Positions 1 to 10,866 of a stretch of 41,788 bases of DNA are shown piece after piece (position 1 is the stretch's first letter; each line of letters starts with the position of its first letter). The notes under the pieces were generated by a model. The model was not told where the DNA came from. It ran no database searches and saw nothing but the letters and a program-made list of their open reading frames with translations. The translations under genes were made by a program, and so were the position numbers. The DNA is taken from contig QPMI01000363.1 in NCBI GenBank assembly GCA_004431415.1, positions 1 to 41,788 on the forward strand, in the 5' to 3' direction. Source of the DNA: Cyanophora paradoxa CCMP329. Its lineage: Eukaryota; Plantae; Glaucophyta.

Positions 1-3000
1 CCAACCTCGAAACTAGAAAACTAACACCCCTCCCTATCAGGCAAACCTGCCAGAGTGCTCTGGCGAATCCAGCGCTCCCTGCCTGCTGTTTGGTGTGGGT
101 GGGGACCCCTGTGAGAATTCGGGGGGCAATCGGGGCAGCCCCTACCCAACCTCGAAACAAGAAAACTAACACCCCTCCCTATCACGCAAACCTGCCAGAG
201 TGCTCTGGCGAATCCCAGCGCTCCCTGCCTGCTGTTTGGTGTGGGTGGGAACCCCTGTGAGAATTCGGGGGGCCATCGGGGCAGCCCCGAACCCAACCTC
301 GAAACTAGAAAACTAACACCCCTGCCTATCAGGCAAACCTGCCAGAGTGCTCTGGCGAATCCAAGCGCTCCCTGCCTGCTGTTTGGTGTGGGTGGGGACC
401 CCTGTGAGATTTCGGGGGGCGATCGGGGCCACCCTGAACCCAACCTCGAAACTAGAAAACTAACACTCCTCCCTATCAGGCAAACCTGCCAGAGTGCTCT
501 GGCGAATCCAAGCGCTCCCTGCCTGCTGTTCCGTGTGGGTGGGGACCCCTGTCAGATTTGGGGGGGCAATCGGGGCAGCCCCGACCCAACCTCGAAACTA
601 GAAAACTAACACCCCTCCCTATCATGCAAACCTGCCAGAGTGCTCTGGCAAATCCCAGCGCTCCATGCCTGCTGTTTGGTGTGGGTGGGGACCCCTGTGA
701 GATTTCGGGGGGCGACGGGGCAGCCCCGAACCCAACCTCGAAACTAGAAAACTAACACCCCTCCCTATCAGGCAAACCTGCCAGAGTGCTCTGGCGAATC
801 CAAGCGCTCCCTGCCTGCTGTTCCGTGTGGGTGGGGACCCCTGTGAGATTTCGGGGGGCGATGGGGGCAGCCCCAAACCCAACCTCGAAACCAGGAATCT
901 TACGCCCCTCCCTATCATGCAAACCTGCCAGAGTGCTCTGGCGAATCTCAGTGCTCCCTTCCTGCTGTTTGGTGTGGGTGGGGACCCCTGTGAGAATTCG
1001 GGGGGCAATCGGGGCAGCCCCTACCCAACCTCGAAACAAGAAAATTAACACCCCTCCCTATCACGCAAACCTGCCAGAGTGCTCTGGCGAATCTCAGTGC
1101 TCCCTTCCTGCTGTTTGGTGTGGGTGGGGACCCCTGTGAGAATTCGGGGGGCAATCGGGGCAGCCCCTACCCAACCTCGAAACAAGAAAACTAACACCCC
1201 TCCCTATCACGCAAACCTGCCAGAGTGCTCTGGCGAATCTCAGTGCTCCCTTCCTGCTGTTTGGTGTGGGTGGGGACCCCTGTGAGAATTCGGGGGGCAA
1301 TCGGGGCAGCCCCTACCCAACCTCGAAACAAGAAAATTAACACCCCTCCCTATCACGCAAACCTGCCAGAGTGCTCTGGCGAATCCCAGCGCTCCCTGCC
1401 TGCTGTTTGGTGTGGGTGGGGACCCCTGTGAGATTTCGGGGGGCGATGGGGGCAGCCCCGAACCCAACCTCGAAACTAGAAAACTAACACCCCTGCCTAT
1501 CAGGCAAACCTGCCAGAGTGCTCTGGCGAATCCAAGCGCTCCCTGCCTGCTGTTCCGTGTGGGTGGGGACCCCTGTCAGATTTGGGGGGGCAATCGGGGC
1601 AGCCCCGACCCAACCTCGAAACTAGAAAACTAACACCCCTCCCTATCATGCAAACCTGCCAGAGTGCTCTGGCAAATCCCAGCGCTCCATGCCTGCTGTT
1701 TGGTGTGGGTGGGGACCCCTGTGAGATTTCGGGGGGCGACGGGGGCAGCCCCGAACCCAACCTCGAAACTAGAAAACTAACACCCCTCCCTATCAGGCAA
1801 ACCTGCCAGAGTGCTCTGGCGAATCCAAGCGCTCCCTGCCTGCTGTTCCGTGTGGGTGGGGACCCCTGTGAGATTTCGGGGGGCGATGGGGGCAGCCCCA
1901 AACCCAACCTCGAAACCAGGAATCTTACGCCCCTCCCTATCATGCAAACCTGCCAGAGTGCTCTGGCGAATCTCAGTGCTCCCTTCCTGCTGTTTGGTGT
2001 GGGTGGGGACCCCTGTGAGAATTCGGGGGCAATCGGGGCAGCCCCTACCAACCTCGAAACAAGAAAATTAACACCCCTCCCTATCACGCAAACCTGCCAG
2101 AGTGCTCTGGCGAATCTCAGGCTCCCTCCTGCTGTTTGGTGTGGGTGGGGACCCCTGTGAGATTTCGGGGGCAATCGGGGCAGCCCTACCCAACCTCGAA
2201 ACAAGAAAATTAACACCCCTCCCTATCACGCAAACCTGCCAGAGTGCTCTGGCGAATCCCAGCGCTCCCTGCCTGCTGTTTGGTGTGGGTGGGGACCCCT
2301 GTGAGATTTCGGGGGGCGATGGGGGCAGCCCCGAACCCAACCTCGAAACTAGAAAACTAACACCCCTGCCTATCAGGCAAACCTGCCAGAGTGCTCTGGC
2401 GAATCCAAGCGCTCCCTGCCTGCTGTTCCGTGTGGGTGGGGACCCCTGTCAGATTTGGGGGGGCAATCGGGGCAGCCCCGACCCAACCTCGAAACTAGAA
2501 AACTAACACCCCTCCCTATCATGCAAACCTGCCAGAGTGCTCTGGCAAATCCCAGCGCTCCCTGCCTGCTGTTTGGTGTGGGTGGGGACCCCTGTGAGAT
2601 TTCGGGGGGCGACCGGGGCAGCCCCGAACCCAACCTCGAAACTAGAAAACTAACACCCCTCCCTATCAGGCAAACCTGCCAGAGTGCTCTGGCGAATCCA
2701 AGCGCTCCCTGCCTGCTGTTCCGTGTGGGTGGGGACCCCTGTGAGATTTCGGGGGGCGATCGGGGCAGCCCCAAACCCAACCTCGAAACCAGGAATCTTA
2801 CGCCCCTCCCTATCATGCAAACCTGCCAGAGTGCTCTGGCGAATCTCAGTGCTCCCTTCCTGCTGTTTGGTGTGGGTGGGGACCCCTGTGAGAATTCGGG
2901 GGGCAATCGGGCAGCCCCTACCCAACCTCGAAACAAGAAATTAACACCCCTCCCTATCACGCAAACCTGCCAGAGTGCTCTGGCGAATCTCAGTGCTCCC

Positions 3001-6000
3001 TTCCTGCTGTTTGGTGTGGGGGGACCCCTGTGAGAATTCGGGGGGCAATTGGGGCAGCCCCTACCCAACCTCGAAACAAGAAAATTAACACCCCTCCCTA
3101 TCACGCAAACCTGCCAGAGTGCTCTGGCGAATCCCAGCGCTCCCTTCCTGCTGTTTGGTGTGGGTGGGGACCCCTGTGAGATTTCGGGGGGCGATGGGGG
3201 CAGCCCCGAACCCAACCTCGAAACTAGAAAACTAACACCCCTCCCTATCAGGCAAACCTGCCAGAGTGCTCTGGCGAATCCAAGCGCTCCCTGCCTGCTG
3301 TTTGGTGTGGGTGGGGACCCCTGTCAGATTTGGGGGGGCAATCGGGGCAGCCCCGACCCAACCTCGAAACTAGAAAACTAACACCCCTCCCTATCACGCA
3401 AACCTGCCAGAGTGCTCTGGCAAATCCCAGCGCTCCCTGCCTGCTGTTTGGTGTGGGTGGGGACCCCTGTGAGATTTCGGGGGGCGATGGGGGCAGCCCC
3501 GAACCCAACCTTGAAACTTGAAAACTAACACCCCTCCCTATCCTGCAAATTTGCCAGAGTGCTCTGGCGAATCCCAGGGCTCCCTGCCTGCTGTTTGGTG
3601 TGGGTGGGGACCCCTGTGAGATTTCGGGGGGCGATTGGGGCAGCCCCAAACCCAACCTTGAAACTAGAAAACTAACACCCCTCCCTATCCTGCAAACCTG
3701 CCAGAGTGCTCTGGTGAATCCCAGCGCTCCCTGCCTGCTGTGTGGTGTGGGTGGGGACCCCTTTGAGATTTCGGGGGGCAATCGGGGCAGCCCCGACCCA
3801 ACCTCGAAACAAGAAAACTAACACCCCTCCCTATCACGCAAACCTGCCAGAGTGCTCTGGCGAATCCCAGCGCTCCCTGCCTGCTGTTTGGTGTGGGTGG
3901 GGACCCCTGTGAGATTTCGGGGGGCGATGGGGGCAGCCCCGAACCCAACCTCGAAACTAGAAAACTAACACCCCTCCCTATCAGGCAAACCTGCCAGAGT
4001 GCTCTGGCGAATCCAAGCGCTCCCTGCCTGCTGTTTGGTGTGGGTGGGGACCCCTGTCAGATTTGGGGGGGCAATCGGGGCAGCCCCGACCCAACCTCGA
4101 AACTAGAAAACTAACACCCCTCCCTATCACGCAAACCTGCCAGAGTGCTCTGGCGAATCTCAGTGCTCCCTACCTGCTGTTCCGTGTGGGTGGGGACCCC
4201 TGTGAGATTTCGGGGGGCGATGGGGGCAGCCCCGAACCCAACCTTGAAACTTGAAAACTAACACCCCTCCCTATCCTGCAAATTTGCCAGAGTGCTCTGG
4301 CGAATCCCAGGGCTCCCTGCCTGCTGTTTGGTGTGGGTGGGGACCCCTGTGAGATTTCGGGGGGCGATTGGGGCAGCCCCAAACCCAACCTTGAAACTAG
4401 AAAACTAACACCCCTCCCTATCCTGCAAACCTGCCAGAGTGCTCTGGTGAATCCCAGCGCTCCCTGCCTGCTGTGTGGTGTGGGTGGGGACCCCTTTGAG
4501 ATTTCGGGGGGCAATCGGGGCAGCCCCTACCCAACCTGGAAACAAGAAAACTAACACCCCTCCCTATCACGCAAACCTGCCAGAGTGCTCTGGCGAATCT
4601 CCGTGCTCCCTTCCTGCTGTTTGGTGTGGGTGGGGACCCCTGTGAGATTTCGGGGGGCGATGGGGGCAGCCCCGAACCCAACCTCGAAACTAGAAAACTA
4701 ACACCCCTCCCTATCAGGCAAACCTGCCAGAGTGCTCTGGCGAATCCAAGCGCTCCTTGCCTGCTGTTCCGTGTGGGTGGGGACCCCTGTGAGATTTCGG
4801 GGGGCGATGGGGGCAGCCCCAAACCCAACCTCGAAACTAGAAAACGAACACCCCTCCCTATCATGCAAATTTGCCAGAGTGCTCTGGCGAATCCCAGGGC
4901 TCCCTGCCTGCTGTTTGGTGTGGGTGGGGACCCCTGTGAGATTTTGGGGGCGATGGGGGCAGCCCCAAACCCAACCTCGAAACCAGGAATCTTACGCCCC
5001 TCCCTGTCATGCAAACCTGCCAGAGTGCTCTGGCGAATCCCAGCGCTCCCTTCCTGCTGTTTGGTGTGGGTGGGGACCCCTGTGAGATTTCGGGGGGCAA
5101 TGGGGGCAGCCCCGAACCCAACCTTGAAACTAGAAAACTAACACCCCTCCCTATCCTGCAAACCTGCCAGAGTGCTCTGGTGAATCCCAGCGCTCCCTGC
5201 CTGCTGTTTGGTGTGGGTGGGGACCCCTTTGAGATTTCGGGGGGCAATCGGGGCAGCCCCGACCCAACCTCGAAACTAGAAAACTAACACCCCTCCCTAT
5301 CATGCAAACCTGCCAGAGTGCTCTGGCAAATCCAAGCGCTCCCTTCCTGCTGTTTGGTGTGGGTGGGGACCCCTGTGAGATTTCGGGGGGCAATGGGGGC
5401 AGCCCCGAACCCAACCTTGAAACTAGAAAACTAACACCCCTCCCTATCCTGCAAACCTGCCAGAGTGCTCTGGTGAATCTCAGTGCTCCCTGCCTGCTGT
5501 TTGGTGTGGGTGGGGACCCCTTTGAGATTTCGGGGGGCAATCGGGGCAGCCCCTACCCAACCTGGAAACAAGAAAACTAACACCCCTCCCTATCACGCAA
5601 ACCTGCCAGAGTGCTCTGGCGAATCTCAGTGCTCCCTTCCTGCTGTTTGGTGTGGGTGGGGACCCCTGTAAGATTTCGGGGGGGAATCGGGGCAGCCCCT
5701 ACCCAACCTCGAAACAAGAAAATTAACACCCCTCCCTATCACGCAAACCTGCCAGAGTGCTCTGGTGAATCCCAGCGCTCCCTGCCTGCTGTTTGGTGTG
5801 GGTGGGGACCCCTTTGAGATTTCGGGGGGCAATCGGGGCAGCCCCGACCCAACCTCGAAACTAGAAAACTAACACCCCTCCCTATCATGCAAACCTGCCA
5901 GAGTGCTCTGGCAAATCCCAGCGCTCCCTGCCTGCTGTTTGGTGTGGGTGGGGACCCCTGTGAGATTTCGGGGGGCAATGGGGGCAGCCCCGAACCCAAC

Positions 6001-7270
6001 CTTGAAACTAGAAAACTAACACCCCTCCCTATCCTGCAAACCTGCCAGAGTGCTCTGGTGAATCTCAGCGCTCCCTGCCTGCTGTGTGGTGTGGGTGGGG
6101 ACCCCTGTGAGATTTCGGGGGGCAATCGGGGCAGCCCCTACCCAACCTGGAAACTAGGAAACTAACACCCCTCCCTATCATGCAAACCTGCCAGAGTGCT
6201 CTGGCAAATCTGAGCGCTCCCTTCCTGCTGTTTGGTGTGGGTGGGGACCCCTGTGAGATTTCGGGGGGGAATCGGGGCAGCCCCGAACCCAACCTTGAAA
6301 CTAGAAAACTAACACCCCTCCCTATCACGCAAACCTGCCAGAGTGCTCTGGCGAATCTCAGCGCTCCCTGCCTGCTGTGTGGTGTGGGTGGGGACCCCTT
6401 TGAGATTTCGGGGGGCAATCGGGGCAGCCCCTACCCAACCTGGAAACAAGAAAACTAACACCCCTCCCTATCACGCAAACCTGCCAGAGTGCTCTGGCGA
6501 ATCTCAGTGCTCCCTTCCTGCTGTTTGGTGTGGGTGGGGACCCCTGTAAGATTTCGGGGGGAATCGGGGCAGCCCCTACCCAACCTCGAAACAAGAAAAT
6601 TAACACCCCTCCCTATCACGCAAACCTGCCAGAGTGCTCTGGTGAATCCCAGCGCTCCCTTCGTGCTGTTTGGTGTGGGTGGGGACCCCTTTGAGATTTC
6701 GGGGGGCAATCGGGGCAGCCCCGACCCAACCTCGAAACTAGAAAACTAACACCCCTCCCTATCATGCAAACCTGCCAGAGTGCTCTGGCAAATCCCAGCG
6801 CTCCCTGCCTGCTGTTTGGTGTGGGTGGGGACCCCTTTGAGATTTCGGGGGGCAATCGGGGCAGCCCCGACCCAACCTCGAAACTAGAAAACTAACACCC
6901 CTCCCTATCATGCAAACCTGCCAGAGTGCTCTGGCAAATCCCAGCGCTCCCTGCCTGCTGTTTGGTGTGGGTGGGGACCCCTGTGAGATTTCGGGGGGCA
7001 ATGGGGGCAGCCCCGAACCCAACCTTGAAACTAGAAAACTAACACCCCTCCCTATCCTGCAAACCTGCCAGAGTGCTCTGGTGAATCTCAGCGCTCCCTG
7101 CCTGCTGTGTGGTGTGGGTGGGGAAACCTCGAAACTAGAAAACTCACACCCCTCCCCATCATGCAAACCTGCCAGAGTGCTCTGGCAAATCCCAGCGCTT
7201 CCTTCCTGCTGTCTCCTGTAAATGGGGACCCCAGTGAGGTTTTGGGGGGCAATGGGGGCAGCCCCAAACC
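1..7270 (+). repeat. Satellite A tandem array, 146-147 bp monomer (~50 copies), with higher-order repeats
   Basis: The unit CCAACCTCGAAACTAGAAAACTAACACCCCTCCCTATC...GCCAGAGTGCTCTGGC...GTGGGTGGGGACCCCTGTGAGATTTCGGGGGG recurs at 1, 146, 293, 440, 586 and onward. Variant patterns recur at offsets of ~1025 (7-mer), 733 (5-mer), 878 (6-mer) and 293 (dimer). The last monomers (7124-7270) are truncated or diverged. Confidence 0.98.
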
Positions 7271-7610
7271 TCCGAATTTTATAACAGCATCCCTATGGTG
7301 AGTGGTGAAACCAAAGCAGGAGATATAACAGTTGACAACACTTTTAGTATTTATTATTCTGAAGAGCTTGCGGGAGCTGGAATTACAGGAATTCCAACAA
7401 CTCGCCCAGCTGCTGATTTCGAACAATGGAAACAATTCATTGTAAATCGCGAAACCCCCATTCAAAACCACCAACAGCTGGTGAATGTTATAAATGAAAA
7501 GTTTAATGACAGAAATCCTAAACCATCTGTTCGCTGCAAATGGGATGAGTCACTGAAACGAATTATATTCCATTCCGAAAAAAAGTTTTACCTGGCTTTC
7601 TCACTTGCTG
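7271..7610 (+). pseudogene. Coding fragment resembling a Polinton/PLV/virophage minor capsid (penton) protein
   Basis: The open frame reads SEFYNSIPMV...DNTFSIYY...QLVNVINEKF...KWDESLKRIIF...FYLAFSLA. This resembles the YNSIPN..NN.F and 'IN..L...[YW][DN]...K[RK]I.I' pattern I recall for Polinton pentons. Judged by eye only, and truncated at both ends. Confidence 0.4.
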
Positions 7611-7624
7611 TAGACCCAAGCCCG

Positions 7625-7783
7625 CACATAAACACAACCACCGGAACATCGCCGTTCTTTTTGACGTACGGTCGTGACCCGGTGATGCCATACGACACCT
7701 ATGTTCCAACTGCGGAATTGCGACCTCCCGATTATGTGACACAACTGATTTCCGATTTGAACGCTGCTGGAAATCAACAATAA
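7625..7783 (+). pseudogene. Ty3/Gypsy integrase, post-catalytic-core fragment
   Basis: TTTGTSPFFLTYGRDPVMPYD matches the typical 'H.TTG.SPF.L.YGR.P..P.D' motif of Gypsy integrases. Confidence 0.8.
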
Positions 7784-7869
7784 ACAAAAATTATATTTCA
7801 GACTCAAACAGTTGTGGGAGAAGAAATTGCAGGATTCTGCAGCGGGCTCTCATCCCAAGGGAGACCTGG

Positions 7870-8296
7870 GTTTCATGTTTCTTACTACAGAGCGTGGCTC
7901 TGGTTCTTCCTCTTCTCTCATGACCAAGTCTGAAGTAGAATATTTAATGGATGAAAAATTGAAGAGTTTTGGATTGAAAGTAGATGAGAAGATTGATGAT
8001 TTGCGCTCTGAAATTAAGCGCACAAATAATGCAGTTCTTGATAAGTTGGATCAGATTGGGCGCCAAGTCAGTTCTCGCCCCCAGGGTGACTCTTGGCGTG
8101 GCAATTATAATTTTGAGAGCATGCAAGAAGATGTCAAATTGATGATTTGCGCTCTGAGATTAAGCGCACGAATAATGCAGTTCTTGACGAATTGGATCAG
8201 ATTGGACGCCAAATGAGTTCTCGCCCTCAGGGTGACTCTTGGCGTGGCAGTTATAATTTTGGACGTGGAGGAAATGGAGGTCGCGGTCGTGGGCAC
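7870..8296 (+). pseudogene. Gag-like fragment (coiled coil then RGG-rich segment), disrupted by an internal duplication
   Basis: The heptad-like VDEKIDDLRSEIKRTNNAVLDKLDQI is followed by RGSYNFGRGGNGGRGRGH, and it lies among Gypsy pol fragments. No diagnostic zinc knuckle is present. Confidence 0.35.
7992..8261 (+). repeat. Direct duplication: 124 bp x2 with 22-bp spacer (period 146 bp)
   Basis: ATTGATGATTTGCGCTCTGA...TATAATTTTG occurs at 7992-8115 and 8138-8261 with few substitutions. Confidence 0.95.
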
Positions 8297-8307
8297 TATA
8301 CAAGAAT

Positions 8308-8883
8308 TTTGAGCGCAATATGCCAGCCTCAGAGGCTGAGTGTGCTGCTGTGGTGGATTGCTTGAGTAAATGGGATATCTATCTCAAGGGAGCTCCTAGA
8401 TCTATTTTGTACACTGATTGCAAAGCTCTTGAATGGCTCTTAACGTTGAAACCGGAGAAGGGCAAGTTGGCTCGCTGGGCCGCCCTCATCCAGCAGTATA
8501 ATTTGGAGATTAAGTATCGAAAGGGAATCTTGAATCGCGCAGATGGACCTTCCAGGTACCCTGTGGACTCTACACTGAAAATGGAGGAGGAGAATGCAAT
8601 TAAGATTCTGAACTTGGAAGTTATGTCAAATGAGGACACGTTTTCACTTTTATTTGAGTCACAACGCTCAGATAAGCACTTACGAAGCATAATTAACATA
8701 TTAGAAGGACATCCAAGCAGCAATGAAGCAATCAACCGGAAGGCAAAACTTTTCCGGCTGAACAAGGATGGTATCCTGGTTTTTGCGGCATCCAACCTGA
8801 ACCCACGAGTAGTTATTCCCTCTTCCATGTCATTGGATCTCATTCGAGACGCTCATGATAATCCCTTGTCTGGTCACTTCGGT
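8308..8883 (+). pseudogene. Ty3/Gypsy pol fragment: RNase H C-terminal part plus start of the integrase zinc-binding (HHCC) domain
   Basis: SEAECAAVV...W..YL.G...ILYTDCKALEWL...KLARWAALIQQYNLEIKYRKG.LN.AD..SR is Gypsy RNase H. It is followed by VVIP...LIRDAHDNPLSGHFG, cut off by SatA exactly at GHFG. Confidence 0.92.
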
Positions 8884-10158
8884 GGGGACCCCTGTGAGAT
8901 TTTGGGGGGCGATGGGGGCAGCCCCGAACCCAACCTCGAAACTAGAAAACTAACCCCCCTCCCTATCATGCAAACCTACCAGAGTGCTCTGGCGAATCCC
9001 AGTGCTCCCCTCCTGCTGTTTCGTGTGGTTGGGGACGGGGGGCAATGGGGGCAGCCCCGCACCCAACCTCGAAACTAGAAAACTAACACCCCTCCCTATC
9101 ATGCAAACCTGCCAGAGTGCTCTGGCGAATCCCAGCGCTCCCTGCCTGCTGTTTTGTGTGGGTGAGGACCCAACCTCGAAACTAGAAAACTAACACCCCT
9201 CCCTATCATGCAAACCTGCCAGAGTGCTCTGGCGAATCCCAGCGCTCCCTTCCTGCTGTTTGGTGTGGGTGGGGACCCCTGTGAGATTTCGTCGGGCAAT
9301 GGGGGCAGCCCAGAACCCAACCTCGAAACTAGAAAACTGTCCCCACCCACACGAAACAGCAGGCAGGGAGTGCTGGGATCCGCCAGAGCACTCTGGCAGG
9401 TTTGCATGATAGGGAGGGGTGTTAGTTTTCTAGTTTCAAGGTTGGGTTCAGGGCTGCCCTGATTGCCCCCCGAAATTTCACAGGGGTCCCCACCCACACG
9501 AAACAGAAGGAAGGGAGCGCTGGGATCCGCCACAGCACTCTGGCAGGTTTGCATGATAGGGAGGGGTGTTTGTTTTCTAGGTTCGAGGTTGGGTTCGGGG
9601 CTGCCCCCATCGCCCCCCGAAATTTCACAGGGGTCCCCACCCACACGAAACAGCAGGCAGGGGGCGCTGGGATCCGCCAGAGCACTCTGGCAGTTTTGCA
9701 TGATAGGGAGGGGTGTTAGTTTTCTAGTTTCGAGGTTGGGTTCGGGGCTGCCCCCATCTCCCCCCGAAATCTCACAGGGGGGGGCAATCGGGGCAGCCCT
9801 GAACCCAACCTCGAAACTAGAAAACTAACACCCCTCCCTATCATGCAAAACTGCCAGAGTGCTCTGGCGAATCCCAGCGCTCCCTGCCTGCTGTTTGGTG
9901 TGGGTGGGGACCCCTGTGAGATTTTGGGGGGCGATCGGGGCAGCCCCGAACCCAACCTCGAAACTAGGAAACTAACAACCCTCCCTATCATGCAAACCTG
10001 CCAGAGTGCTCTGGCGAATCCCAGCGCTCCCTGCCTGCTGTTTTGTGTGGATGGGGACCCCTGTGAGATTTCCGGGGGCAATCGGGGCAGCCCCAAACCC
10101 AACCTCGAAACTAGAAAACTAACACCCCTCCCTATCATGCAAAACTGCCAGAGTGCTC
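8881..10158 (+). repeat. Satellite A, second block (~9 monomers, some truncated), containing an inverted trimer
   Basis: Same monomer as 1-7270. It is forward at 8881-9338 and 9781-10158. Confidence 0.96.
9339..9780 (-). repeat. Inverted Satellite A trimer (442 bp)
   Basis: Reverse-complement monomers run from GTCCCCACCCACACGAAAC to CTCACAGGGG, about three units in register. Confidence 0.95.
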
Positions 10159-10161
10159 AGA

Positions 10162-10582
10162 AAGGAAATCGATTTTCTGCAGTTTAGCAGCCGTTTTGAT
10201 GCGCCACATGTGATTTTGCGGAAAGGCATGAAAGTAGCCCAATTTGTACCCGCCTGTCTATTCTACAAATGACCCGTTTAAATATGAGCCTACAAAGTAT
10301 AGTCACCTATCTGGAGTCCCTGTTTCCGATGCTACTGAGATCATCTATCGAGAGATAGAAGAAAGGTATGGAAAAGAAGTGGCAGAACTTTTGAAAGACA
10401 TTAAGAAGATTGGATCTGACAAGGAAACCCCTGAAAATGTTGGGGCTATGTTCGATTTTATGCTTGGAAATCTGTCAGCTGCAAAACCAAGCATTCCAAC
10501 ATATGATCCCAGCGAGCCCCATCCTCCAGTCAAACACAAAATCAATACTGGAGATGCTCGGCCCATTGCAGAGCCACCTCGC
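10162..10582 (+). pseudogene. Ty3/Gypsy pol fragment: dUTPase-like remnant, spacer and pre-RT segment (frameshifted near 10250)
   Basis: VILRKGMKVAQF resembles the dUTPase 'KG.RIAQ' motif. In another frame, ...YDPSEPHPPVKHKINTGDARPIAEPPR matches the H.I.TG...PI...PRR motif that precedes Gypsy RT. Confidence 0.75.
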
Positions 10583-10632
10583 TGCCCCCATCGCCCCCCA
10601 AAATCTCACAGGGGTCCCCACCCACACGAAAC
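10581..10632 (-). repeat. Short inverted Satellite A fragment
   Basis: GCTGCCCCCATCGCCCCCCAAAATCTCACAGGGGTCCCCACCCACACGAAAC is the reverse complement of part of the SatA monomer. Confidence 0.93.
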
Positions 10633-10703
10633 CTTCCTAGAACGCCGACGTTTATCCCCTCCCCCGCGACCCAAGGCTGCACTGCCCCCCGGGGGCCGGA
10701 AAA

Positions 10704-10797
10704 TTTCTTTTGCCCCTGTTTTCCTTCGCCCCTTCTCTCCCCCCCGTCGAATGACGGGGGGGAGAGAAGGGGCGAAGGAAAACAGGGGCAAAAGAAA
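10704..10797. repeat. Perfect inverted repeat, 45-bp arms with 4-nt loop (GAAT)
   Basis: 10704-10748 is the exact reverse complement of 10753-10797, checked base by base. Confidence 0.98.
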
Positions 10798-10866
10798 AGA
10801 CAGATGGGGCTTCGCTCCCCTCTACGTTCCCGCTTTCTAACTGGGCTTCGGGCGACCGAGAGTGAA

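Noticed and set aside
1-7270. Dozens of 60-280 aa ORFs on both strands in SatA (and likewise in SatB)
   Set aside because: They are translations of the tandem monomers, with frames broken by 146/147 and 121/124 length variation, and show no protein-like features.
10704-10797. Rho-independent terminator
   Set aside because: Eukaryotic context, a stem far longer than a terminator, and a position upstream of a gene rather than downstream.
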